DNA of 64,000 nucleotides from Alphaproteobacteria bacterium (GTDB lineage Bacteria > Pseudomonadota > Alphaproteobacteria > Bin95), in contig OZ219787.1 in the NCBI GenBank assembly GCA_964291285.2, positions 1,568,001 to 1,632,000 of the forward strand, given 5' to 3'. Under the pieces are notes generated by a model that was not told the DNA's origin, ran no database searches, and worked only from the letters and a program-made list of their open reading frames with translations. The position numbers were made by a program, and so were the translations under genes. Positions 10,170-19,292 of this stretch are shown here, in pieces. How positions within the stretch are numbered: position 1 is the first letter of the stretch; the number at the start of each line of letters is the position of its first letter.

Positions 10170-10927
10170 TGCCGGACCTCCGAGATGCGGCTGCGCAGGT
10201 CGTGCACGATATCCACGAACTCGGGCTCGAAGCAGACGTCGAGCTCGCGCGGCCGCGGCAGGTCGATGGCGCGCGAGGCCACGATCCTGCCCGGCCGCGC
10301 GCTCATGACATGGACCGTGTCGGCGAGAAACGCGGCTTCGCGCAGATCGTGCGTGACCAGAACCACGGTGAAGCCGATCCGCGCCCAGAGGTCGCGCAGC
10401 ACGCACCAGAGCTCCTCGCGCGTGAAGGCGTCGAGGGCCGCGAACGGCTCGTCCAGCATCAGCAGCGCCGGCTCGTGGATGAGCGCGCGGCAGAGCGAGG
10501 TCCGCTGCTGCATCCCTCCCGAAAGCTCCCAGGGAAAGCGCTCGGCGAAGCCGTCGAGGCCGACCAGCGCCAGCAGCCTGTCCGCGCGTTCGGCGTATTC
10601 CGCCCTGTTCCTGCGGAAGCGCCGGCGGTGCGGCTCGACGATCTCCAGCGGCAGCAGGACATTGTCCCGGATGGTCCGCCAGGGCAGCAGGTTCGCGTTC
10701 TGGAACGCCATGCCGGCGATCTTGACGGGCCCCTCCACGGCGGCCCCGTCCACCGCTATGCGTCCCGCGGTCGGCCTGACCAGCCCGGTGGCGAGCTTCA
10801 TCAGCGTGGACTTGCCGCACCCCGAAGGGCCGACCACGGCGGCGAAGGCGCCGCGCCCGACATTCAGGTCCAGCCCCTGGACCGCGGTGACGCCGCCGCC
10901 GGAGGCGCCCGCATAGGTGAGGGTCAC
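10166..10927 (-). CDS. NitT/TauT-family ABC transporter ATP-binding protein
   Basis: GPSGCGKST, LSGGMQQR, LLMLDEPF. Confidence 0.92.
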   Translation of the reverse strand: MTLTYAGASGGGVTAVQGLDLNVGRGAFAAVVGPSGCGKSTLMKLATGLVRPTAGRIAVDGAAVEGPVKIAGMAFQNANLLPWRTIRDNVLLPLEIVEPHRRRFRRNRAEYAERADRLLALVGLDGFAERFPWELSGGMQQRTSLCRALIHEPALLMLDEPFAALDAFTREELWCVLRDLWARIGFTVVLVTHDLREAAFLADTVHVMSARPGRIVASRAIDLPRPRELDVCFEPEFVDIVHDLRSRISEVRQ

Positions 10928-10982
10928 GTCCTCGACAATGACGATGGCGCGTCCTCCCCCTTGGCGGGCGTCCGGTCAGGCG

Positions 10983-11037
10983 CTAAAGCCGGCGGTCCGC
11001 CGCGGGAGGCAGATAGGACGAATCGAAGACCGCCGAG
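10983..11037 (-). pseudogene. Displaced 3' end (SAVFDSSYLPPAADRRL*) of the ABC substrate-binding gene split by element copy 1
   Basis: Joined to 19290-20278 through the shared GAG it gives an in-frame 346-aa ORF ...NRPEP-SAVFDSSYLPP... Confidence 0.9.
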
Positions 11038-11065
11038 CGCACCGGTGGGTGCTAACTATCTGACA
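11029..11065 (+). repeat. Left junction of copy 1: ACC-GCC-GAG core, GCACC-N4-GGTGC hairpin, ACTATCTGACA subterminal inverted repeat
   Basis: ACTATCTGACA (11055-65) is the reverse complement of TGTCAGATAGT (19240-50); conserved in copy 2. Confidence 0.8.
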
Positions 11066-11156
11066 TGGCGTTGTTTTTTCTCCCGAAATGCAGCGGTCGG
11101 GCAAGCGGGTCGCAAGGGCCCGTTCCCCGGCTGCAACCGGAGCCGGGAGAAACGCA

Positions 11157-12281
11157 ATGGCGAAGACTACCCTCACCGAGGTCCGCGTGAAGGCGCTCAA
11201 ACCCCGCAGGTCCGTCCGCGAGGTCCGCGACGGCAGGCTCAGGGGGTTCGGCGTCCGTGTGTCGCCCTCGGGCCGCAAGCAGTTCTTCATTCACTGCCAG
11301 CATCGCGGCGTGCGCATCTGGAAGATCGTCGGCGACGCCGGGTCGATGAGCGTCACGGACGCGCGGGCGGCGGCTGCGGAGATGCTTGCCGTCATCAGGC
11401 GCGGCGGGGAGGCGCCGCTCACGCCGGGCGAGACGCTCTTCGAGGCCGTAGCCGGGATCGCGTTCCGCCGTCACGAGGGCGTCTGGAAGCCCGGAACGAT
11501 GATCGTGAACCGCAACTATCTGTGCAACCAGCTTCTGCCGCATTTCGCCGGGCGGCAGATCGCGGATATCGACCGGCAGGAGGTGAGGAACTGGTTCGCC
11601 CGCCTGCGCGCGACGCCGGTGGCGGCGGACCGGTCGATGCCGGTGCTGTCCGTCATCATGAGGGAGGCGGAGGCCATGGGCCTGCGCCCGGAAGGGTCCA
11701 ATCCCTGCCGGGGGATAAAGCGTTACCGCCGCAAGGGCCGCGAGCGGTTCCTCCCGGACGAGGAAATCCGCCGCCTGTCCGGGAGGCTCAAGGCGCATGA
11801 GGCCCGCTGGCCGCAGCATGTCGCCGTCATCCGCCTGCTGCTGCTCACGGGATGCCGCAAGGGCGAGATCCTCACCCTGCAATGGTCCGACTACCGGGAA
11901 GGCCGCCTGTTTCTCCGCGACTCCAAGACGGGGCCGAGGACAGTCTGGCTGTCGGAGCCGGCCCGGGCGGTGCTTGATCGTCTCGAGCGGAAGGGACGGT
12001 GGATACTCCCGGCATCGAGGGGCGACCGGCCCCGGAGCGGGTGCTGGCTGTTCCACTTCTGGAACCGGGTCCGCGCCGAGGCGGACCTGGAGGACGCCCG
12101 CCTTCACGATTTGCGCCATACGCATGCGAGCCTTGCCCTCAGGCAGGGCGAGACGGTGCTCGCCATCGGCAAGCTGCTGGGCCACCGCAGGCCGGAAACC
12201 ACGCTGAAATATACCCATGTCGCCGACGCCATGGTGCAGGACGCAGCCGAGACGGTCGGCGCCGTGCTGGAGGCAGACTGA
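11157..12281 (+). CDS. Tyrosine recombinase A (arm-DNA-binding N-terminus), copy 1
   Basis: GFGVRVSPSGRKQF arm domain; TGCRKGE, SKTG, LHDLRH, LLGH, KY catalytic set intact. Confidence 0.93.
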   Translation: MAKTTLTEVRVKALKPRRSVREVRDGRLRGFGVRVSPSGRKQFFIHCQHRGVRIWKIVGDAGSMSVTDARAAAAEMLAVIRRGGEAPLTPGETLFEAVAGIAFRRHEGVWKPGTMIVNRNYLCNQLLPHFAGRQIADIDRQEVRNWFARLRATPVAADRSMPVLSVIMREAEAMGLRPEGSNPCRGIKRYRRKGRERFLPDEEIRRLSGRLKAHEARWPQHVAVIRLLLLTGCRKGEILTLQWSDYREGRLFLRDSKTGPRTVWLSEPARAVLDRLERKGRWILPASRGDRPRSGCWLFHFWNRVRAEADLEDARLHDLRHTHASLALRQGETVLAIGKLLGHRRPETTLKYTHVADAMVQDAAETVGAVLEAD

Positions 12282-13426
12282 TGGCGGGCCGGGAACGGAT
12301 GAAACTCACCGACGCCGCCGTCGCCCGTCTCCGCCCCCGCGAGCGGGAATATACGGTCTGGGACACGCGCATCGCCGGTCTCGGCGTCCGGGTGCGGCCC
12401 ACCGGCGGGCGCAGCTGGGTGCTGCTGCTCGACAGGGGCGGGCGCACCAGGCGCATCTCGCTCGGCCCGGTCGGCGTGAAGAGCCTGGAGGAGGTTCGCA
12501 GGGAATGCCATGCCCGCAAGGCGAACCCCGAGCCGGAGAAAGAGGCCCGGCCGGCGCAGCCGGTCCCGCTGTTCCGGGATTTCGTCGCCGGTCCATGGAA
12601 GGAGGCGCATTTCGACGGCTACAAGCCCTCGACGCAGAGGACCGCCCGCTATCAGCTTGCGGGCCAGCTCCTGCCGGCATTCGGATCGAAGCCGCTGGAC
12701 CGCATCGGCGAGGCCGCCATCCGGCGCTGGTTCGAGCGATACAGCCGCACCTTGCCGGGCAACGCCAATCCCTGCCTTGCCCGTCTGCGGCAGATACTCA
12801 ACTTCGCCCTCGCCTGCGGCCACATCGAGGTCAATCCCGTCGGGCGCATCGCCCCGAACCGCCGCACGGCGCTCACGCGGTTCCTGTCCCGGGAGGAACT
12901 CGCACGCCTCCATGCCGCCCTGGACGCGCAGACCCGGAAGAGCGCGCGGCAGCAGGCCGACATCGTCCGCCTCCTGCTGCTGACCGGCTGCCGCAGAAGC
13001 GAGATCACGGGCCTCGGCTGGTCGGAAGTCCGCGAGGACGGGCTGGCGCTCACCGATGCCAAGACCGGACCGAGGACGGTCCCGCTCGGCAGCCGGGCCC
13101 GGGCCATTCTCGACCGGCAGCCGCGCACGGGCAGCGCGTTCGTGTTTCCCTCGCCGCGCGACCCCGCCCGCCCGCGCAGCCCGGACCTGCCGCTCTGGTA
13201 TCGGGTGCGCCGCGAAGCCGGCATCGGGGATGTCCGCCTTCATGACCTGCGCCATACCATGGCCAGCCATGCGGTCATGAACGGCGTGCCGGTCCCGGTG
13301 GTCTCCCGCCTGCTCGGCCATTCCGATGTTCGCATGACGCTGCGCTACGCCCATCTCGCCGACCGCGACATCGAAGCCGCCGCGGATCGCGTCGGGCAGG
13401 CCATGAGCGCCATCATGGAGACATGA
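12281..13426 (+). CDS. Tyrosine recombinase B (arm-DNA-binding N-terminus), copy 1
   Basis: TGATG coupling to A; KLTDAAV...WDTRIAGLGVRV; TGCRRSE, AKTG, LHDLRH, LLGH, RY. Confidence 0.93.
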   Translation: MAGRERMKLTDAAVARLRPREREYTVWDTRIAGLGVRVRPTGGRSWVLLLDRGGRTRRISLGPVGVKSLEEVRRECHARKANPEPEKEARPAQPVPLFRDFVAGPWKEAHFDGYKPSTQRTARYQLAGQLLPAFGSKPLDRIGEAAIRRWFERYSRTLPGNANPCLARLRQILNFALACGHIEVNPVGRIAPNRRTALTRFLSREELARLHAALDAQTRKSARQQADIVRLLLLTGCRRSEITGLGWSEVREDGLALTDAKTGPRTVPLGSRARAILDRQPRTGSAFVFPSPRDPARPRSPDLPLWYRVRREAGIGDVRLHDLRHTMASHAVMNGVPVPVVSRLLGHSDVRMTLRYAHLADRDIEAAADRVGQAMSAIMET

Positions 13427-13531
13427 CCGGGGCGGCCGCGGCAGACCCGCTTCTTCATGAGCGGATGGCGCCGGTCTTCTTCCTGCGCCGCACCCGGCGA
13501 CGGTGAGGTTCCCTGCTATCGTCGTGTCCGG

Positions 13532-14782
13532 TCAGAACTGTCGCACGAAGGAGAGTTCGGCGCGGTTGCGGTCGTAGTCGAGGGCCTGGGCGTTGGTATC
13601 GCGCTCCTCGCGGATGAGCGAGAGGCGGGGGCTGAAGCCGAGCACGGTGACGGCGCGGTTGTGCACGGAGAACGAGAGGGTGCGCGTCTCGTCCCGGCGC
13701 GGCCTGCGGTCGATGGTGTTGTGGGCGAAGCCCTGTCCCTGGTATGCGGCGCGCTGCAGGGAGGCGCGCAGGCCAAGGGTGAAGCCGGCCGGCAGCGCGA
13801 GCGTCGCGCCGAGGCCGGCCCGGGGTCCGCGGTTGCGCCAGTGTCCGGCATTGGCGCGGGTCCAGTTGTATCCGGCATGGCCGCCGAGGCGCAGGATCGG
13901 CAGGGCGGCCCAGCTTGCGCCGAGCGTCGCATCGCCCGCCGGGCCGTCGAGCCAGTTGCAGCCGCGGCAGTTGCGCCGGGTGGCGCTGGCGCGGGCGAAC
14001 AGGGCGAGGCGCGGCGTCAGGCGGTGCGCGCCTTCCAGCCGGACGCCGAAGCGGTCGGTCTCGGGCCGCCCGGCGGTCCATTGCCGGTCCACCACCGCCA
14101 GCAGGCTCGCCTCCGTGTTCTCGTCGATCAGCCGGCGCGGGCCGATATGGGCCGAGAGCGAATGGCGGTCGAACGCCCCGCCCTTGTATTCCCGCGCGCT
14201 GGCGTCCGCCCCGGCGCGCAGCCGCAGAGCCGGCGACAACGGAACCTGGTATTCGCCGCCGCCCCACATGGAGACGCCGATGCCCGACTTGCGCGACACG
14301 TCGCCGTCGAGGGTGAAGGGCAGGCGCCCGAACGGCGTGTCGAGGAAGACCGTGCGCTCCCCCGACGCGGCGTTGAGGTTGCTGTCGGGCGCCACCGCCA
14401 GGCCGAAATGCGCCTCCCAGCGCCGCCGCGCGCGCATGATGTCGAGAAAGCGCCGGATGTTGGCGGCCACCGCCGGCGGCGGCGTCCCCGCCAGCACCTG
14501 TTCGAAATGCCGCCGCGCCAGGCTGTCCTCCTCCTTCAGGAAGAAGGCGTGCGCGAGTTCCAGACGCACACGCACCAGGTCCGGGCGGTCCACCAGGATG
14601 GCCCGGAACGCCGCGATCGCCTCGTCGAGCTTCCCGTCGCGGGCCTCCCGGTCCGCGGCGGCCTGCGCGGCGGCAAGCGCCTCCATGCCCGCCCGGAACC
14701 GCTCGCCGGTCGCGTCCTGGCCGTGGGCCGCGGCGGCGAACAGATACAGCCCGGCGGCAATGACGAGAGCGGGTATGCGCAT
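13532..14782 (-). CDS. Slam / DUF560 surface lipoprotein assembly modifier (type XI secretion translocon), copy 1
   Basis: Signal peptide, TPR-like RVRLELA, DSNLN motif, beta-barrel ending in F; adjacent to TbpB-like lipoprotein. Confidence 0.82.
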   Translation of the reverse strand: MRIPALVIAAGLYLFAAAAHGQDATGERFRAGMEALAAAQAAADREARDGKLDEAIAAFRAILVDRPDLVRVRLELAHAFFLKEEDSLARRHFEQVLAGTPPPAVAANIRRFLDIMRARRRWEAHFGLAVAPDSNLNAASGERTVFLDTPFGRLPFTLDGDVSRKSGIGVSMWGGGEYQVPLSPALRLRAGADASAREYKGGAFDRHSLSAHIGPRRLIDENTEASLLAVVDRQWTAGRPETDRFGVRLEGAHRLTPRLALFARASATRRNCRGCNWLDGPAGDATLGASWAALPILRLGGHAGYNWTRANAGHWRNRGPRAGLGATLALPAGFTLGLRASLQRAAYQGQGFAHNTIDRRPRRDETRTLSFSVHNRAVTVLGFSPRLSLIREERDTNAQALDYDRNRAELSFVRQF

Positions 14783-14835
14783 GAAAACCCCTGTCCGTGC
14801 AAAGGGAACCTCCGGCCGCCCGGAGGGCGCCGGAG

Positions 14836-14871
14836 GAAAGAAGGCCCCGGCCGCGCGAAGCGGCCGGGGCC
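14836..14871 (-). terminator. Rho-independent terminator-like hairpin between lipoprotein and Slam
   Basis: GGCCCCGGCCGC-TTCGC-GCGGCCGGGGCC followed by TTCTTT on the minus strand; conserved at 52612-52646. Confidence 0.6.
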
Positions 14872-14898
14872 CGGGAACGCGGAGGCTACGGGAGCCGG

Positions 14899-16624
14899 CT
14901 ATTCTGCCGTCTCCGTCTTCATCCTCGTTGCGAAGGTGCCGGCAGCGTGCCCGTTCGCGAAATGGGCGTTGAACGTGCCGATCGCGCCGGGCGGACGCCC
15001 CACGCCGTCCTGGCTGTAGGTTTCAGCCTGCCACACGCCGGCCTGAGGCACTTCGCCGCCGAAAAGGGCACCACCCTGGGCAACGCCCTCGTCAAAGGAG
15101 CCTTGGCCGGCGGAGCTGGACTCCTTCTCCTGGAGCGTAACGACCCAGTCCTCGTGAACGGCATACCCCATGAAGTTGTCGATCTTTCCTCCCATTTTGG
15201 TTTTGGCGGCGCCAACCTCGAACGTCGCGTTGAGCGTTACATCCGCCGTGAACTGTCCCGACTTCTGCCCCGTGTGCTCGCCGGCGGTGTAGGTCTTCAG
15301 CACCGACAGGCCCAGGGCCTCGCCCTCGTAGGTGGCGGTCTTGGCGAGCCCGGCCTTCTCGGTGACATCCCCAGAATAGCCGGTGGGGGCGTGGGCGAAG
15401 AGACGAATCCCGAAATCCCCGCCGGTCTCATACAGCCAGTACCCGTAGCGGGCATAAGCAACGTACGCCGTGTAGTGGGAGTTGCCCAACTTCTTCTGGT
15501 AGTAGAGCGAGCTGTCGGGGACCTCTTCCCCGGCCTTCTGGAAATACAGCGAACCCGTCAGATTGCCGCCATCGACAGAGCAGGTGTCCTGGCAATGCAG
15601 CGTCCCCTTGACCCCCATGTAATGGGTATCGGCCTTGTTGTTGGTGAATGTGGGAAGCGCGGTCACGGCCGTTCCACCGCTGCCGGTGAGTACGGAAAGG
15701 GGCATCCCGGCAAGGGGCAGGACATCGACATCCATGTTGTCGGTGCCGAAGGCCTTCTTCACCAGGTTATCCGCTCCGGCGATCTGCTCCCAGGTCATGG
15801 CGTCGTCCGGGAGGCCGCGCAGGTCATACTTGTGATAGTAGATGGAGCGGCCATCGTTCTTGTCTGTGGCCGTGGAGCCGCGGACAACCTTCGTCGGTAT
15901 CTTGCCGATAAGATCGTCGATATTGCTCGCCCTCCGAAGCCACCGGGCCTCGACCTTAGCCAAGCCGTTGCTATCGGTTCGAGGCTGCAGTATGTAGAGA
16001 ACCCCCCCGTGCGCCAGCGAAGTTGCCCCGGGTCCCGTCGGCGGCGCCAGTGAGGTCGCCAGCGGGGGTTTCGCCGCTGAGGCTCTTGAGTTTCGCCTCG
16101 GTATCACGCCTCCCGGCACGATCGGTAACCGTTTTGAGATACCCCTCGATGAGCTTGATCTGCGCTTCCACGTCCTTGATCCGCTGATCGACCACCTTCT
16201 TCTGCGCCGCGAGGCCGGGCGTGCCCGACACGGCGTTCAGGTCCGTCTGCGCCTTCTTGGCGTCCGTCAGCGCCTGCTTGGCGTCCGCCAGCGCCTTCTC
16301 AGTCGCCGCCTTCGCGGCCATGATGGCCGCGGCGTTGGTTGCCATTACCCCGCTGTCGGCGCCGGTGGTGTAGACGTCAGTCCTGTTCAGCTCAGTGGAC
16401 TCGTCACGCTGCATCTTGGCCGTTTTCGCGGCATCCTCCGCCGCCTTTTCGGCTGCCGCAGCGGCGTCGTAGGCCGCCTGCGCCTTTTCGACCGGCGTCT
16501 TCTCCATCTGCTGGTCGCCGCCCATCGCCGTGGACGGCTTCTTGGACCCGCCGCCTCCGCAGGCTGCGAGCGCCAGGCCCGCAGCGGCCATCGCCGCCAG
16601 AGCCACATGTCTCATGGTTCTCAT
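14899..16624 (-). pseudogene. TbpB-like surface lipoprotein, copy 1, frameshifted (probably at the G7 tract 16002-16008)
   Basis: Lipobox LAAC-GGGG in ORF 15971-16624; C-terminal barrel in ORF 14899-16119; homologous to intact 52671-54416; G6 gives 574 aa. Confidence 0.82.
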
Positions 16625-16706
16625 CGAACCCTTCTCCTTCCTTCTCTCAAGCCCGGACAGACCGGGCAAACCGTTTGAACCGTTCCTTCGTCGCGCGAAC
16701 CGCAGG

Positions 16707-17888
16707 TCAGAAGCTCAGCGTGATGCCGGTCACGAACCCGGCGCCCTCGACATTGCTGCCGGCGGCATTTTTGCCGGTGCTGGGCGCAGGCTTGCCTCTT
16801 TCCGCCGACGGCACGCCGAAATCGTACTTGCCGGGCATCGTGCCGCGGTCCCTCTCGGCCATGAACAGCGAGCTTCTCCAGGCGATGCCCGGCGCCAGCA
16901 TGTAGCTCGCCGAAAACAGGCCGCCCGACTGCTCCGTGCCGTCGTCGGCCTCGGTCATCGTGCCGCTCAGGCTCACCGCCAGCGCGCCCTCCGAATACAT
17001 CACACCGGCGGCCACGACCTCGACATCATCCGAGGAGTCCGTCTTCATCCCGTCGTCCGCCGTGGCATAGGCGACATCGAAGCTGAACGCCCCCATGCCC
17101 ACCTGCAGGCCGGCATTCGTGAAGGTGTAGTCGTCGTCCATCTGGCTCTTCTGGTAGTGGCCCGCAGAGAACGCCAGGTTCATGTTGCCGAAATCGCCCT
17201 TGTAGTTGCCGGCGACCGACCAGGCGTCCATGTCGTTGTTCTTCACATTGCCGCCACGGCCTTCCTGCCCGGTGTTCGGGATGTAGCTCACGGCCATCTG
17301 CGCGCCGTTCACCCGCGGCGTGAAGTAGCTCACCAGGTTCCTGTCGCCGAGGCCGTGGCCCGCGGTCCCCAGGCCGGAGGGCCCGCACTCGTTGATGCCG
17401 TTGATCCATCTGCCCATGTCGCCGCAGACCATGCCGAAACCGGCATCCCGCACGCCCATGTGGGTGAGAACCACCGCGCTGTCCTCGGCTCCCAGCGTGA
17501 TCTGACCGAACTCGCCGCCAACCGTCACCTGCGACTCGTCGATCATCGAACCCGACTGACTGTTGCCCTCGAGCTCCACCTTCACCGAGAAGGTCATGCC
17601 GTTGTCGGCGTCCAGCTTGCCCTTGAAGAAGATCTCGCTGTCCGACTGCTGGGCAACGCCGCCCTCTTTCATCGCGTCCGCCTCGTCGTCCACATCGACC
17701 ATCCCGAACCACTGCTGCATGTAGCCGCCGACGCCCACGCTCAGCATCTCCGCCGCAGACGCGGGACCCGCCGCAAGCGCGAGACCCGAGGCCGCAAGAA
17801 GAACCTTGCCCGTGAAGCCCCGCGCACGGCATCCGCCATGCAGCCTGCCGTCCCCCGGCCATGCCGGGCCATGTCCTGTTGTCGTCAT
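16707..17888 (-). CDS. Alphaproteobacterial porin, copy 1
   Basis: Signal peptide, VGGYMQQWFG, DSEIFFKG, IDES, SYFTPR, terminal F; GAAGGAG RBS. Confidence 0.85.
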   Translation of the reverse strand: MTTTGHGPAWPGDGRLHGGCRARGFTGKVLLAASGLALAAGPASAAEMLSVGVGGYMQQWFGMVDVDDEADAMKEGGVAQQSDSEIFFKGKLDADNGMTFSVKVELEGNSQSGSMIDESQVTVGGEFGQITLGAEDSAVVLTHMGVRDAGFGMVCGDMGRWINGINECGPSGLGTAGHGLGDRNLVSYFTPRVNGAQMAVSYIPNTGQEGRGGNVKNNDMDAWSVAGNYKGDFGNMNLAFSAGHYQKSQMDDDYTFTNAGLQVGMGAFSFDVAYATADDGMKTDSSDDVEVVAAGVMYSEGALAVSLSGTMTEADDGTEQSGGLFSASYMLAPGIAWRSSLFMAERDRGTMPGKYDFGVPSAERGKPAPSTGKNAAGSNVEGAGFVTGITLSF

Positions 17889-18229
17889 CGTCTCGTCTCC
17901 TTCAGGTGAAAGCCCGTCCGCAGCGCCCGTCGACCGCCGCACGCCGGAGAAGGCGCACGACGGGGCGGCAGGTCACCGGGGACGGGAGGTGAAGCCGCGG
18001 CCCCGGAAAGGCCGCGGCAGAAAGCGTGCCGGGGAAAGCCGGGCCGCCCGCAAGGCGGTCATGCCGCAAGCGCGGCGGGCGCGCTCCCCGGCAACGTATC
18101 CATCTGCACGCGCCCGGCGATCCTCCGCAGAGGACGCACGGGCGGGAAACACGGAAGTCAGGCGGGAGCCGCTCTCCCGAAAGCGAACCAGCAGACCGGC
18201 GCCAAAAGCCCGCATATGAAAGACATGAA

Positions 18230-18278
18230 GAGGCGCGAGGCGCGAGGCGCGAGGCGCGAGGCGCGAGGCGCGAGGCGC
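18230..18278 (+). repeat. Heptamer tandem repeat (GAGGCGC)x7
   Basis: Counted directly; 14 units at the equivalent position in copy 2. Confidence 0.95.
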
Positions 18279-19239
18279 ATTCTACACCGTGTTCGAGCCG
18301 CTGAAGTCAAGTCCGGATACACCCGCCGCTGAGATGGCCCGGAACCTCTAACCCGGCCGCACGACACCGCACAAGCTCCCGGACCAACCCGAACGCCGAT
18401 TTTACCGGCCTGTTGCATCCGTGCAACAGTCAGCCGCCGACAGGCCCCCGCAAACCGACGCGCGCCCATCGACGACCGGCAGGCGCGGCTTTCTCCACCG
18501 GCGTGCAATGGAACGCAACAGAGCGTCCGCTGCCGCGTCTTCCCCACTCCAGGCCCGCCGCCGCCGCCAGCGGCGCATCGACAAATGCGCCGCCCTCCCC
18601 CGGGTCTCGTCCCCGCTCTCCCGGTTCGCCATCCGCCGCCGCTCGATCCGCGACAGGACCGCCGCCTCCCGCAGCACCCGGAGCAGAAGGTTCGTTGACG
18701 GACCCGCCGCCCCGCGCCTCCACCGGGCCGGCGAGCCGGTGCGCGGTGCAGCGGAAGACCGTCATGCCGGAACGATGTAGCGCGATATTTCCATGACCGC
18801 CTCGTCGGCAAGCTCCCTGATACGCGCCCACTCGTTCGCGGTCGCCATCACCGCATGCTGGGTGCGTGCGTGCGGCGGCCCCCCAGGGACCGGCTCATGA
18901 CGACGCCCCCGGACCTGCCGCAGCCATCAGAATTCCGTATTTTACTGGCAAGAAAGCTTGTATTTCTCCTGTATGAATTATGGTATTTATCCTCTCAAGA
19001 GGTGATTCAGTGCATCATCGCCATGATCCTGACTGTCTTCACATCAGGAGGGCGCTCATGCATGGAGCTATCCTCCATGCCCCCCTGAGCACAACGCATT
19101 GTCCCCATTCACTTCCCCCAGTGCCATTATCGCCTCCACGACCTCCCTGTAGGTCAATTCCGATTTCCTGCCATTGCCTCTTGTCATACCCGGAAATATC
19201 CAGTATCCAGGCCTCCTTCATGGGAGGAATGCGACCCTC

Positions 19240-19292
19240 TGTCAGATAGTGCCCTAACATAAAAAATCTCATTCGAGATTTACACCCCTGAG
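19240..19292 (+). repeat. Right junction of copy 1: TGTCAGATAGT IR, AAATCTC-ATTC-GAGATTT palindrome, ACC-CCT-GAG core
   Basis: Conserved at 56966-57017 in copy 2 except for the 3-nt core. Confidence 0.8.

Larger units (their letters stand above)
11038..19289 (+). mobile_element. Dual tyrosine-recombinase element, copy 1 (~8.25 kb), carrying porin, surface lipoprotein and Slam
   Basis: Homologous end-to-end to 48819-57014; flanked by GAG at 11035-37 and 19290-92; interrupts an ABC substrate-binding gene. Confidence 0.92.

Noticed and set aside
18230-18278. GAGGCGC arrays as a CRISPR array or as a translational phase switch for the porin
   Set aside because: There are no spacers or cas genes. 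The porin frame has an in-frame stop (55684 in copy 2) between the repeat and the gene, so no repeat number can fuse them
18960-19260. Bridge-RNA-like guide specifying the insertion target
   Set aside because: Segments that differ between the copies show no convincing match to their respective target flanks by eye
11038-19289. Self-splicing intron/IStron or prophage interpretation
   Set aside because: No recognisable group I/II core, maturase or phage genes were seen; RNA-level removal remains untested
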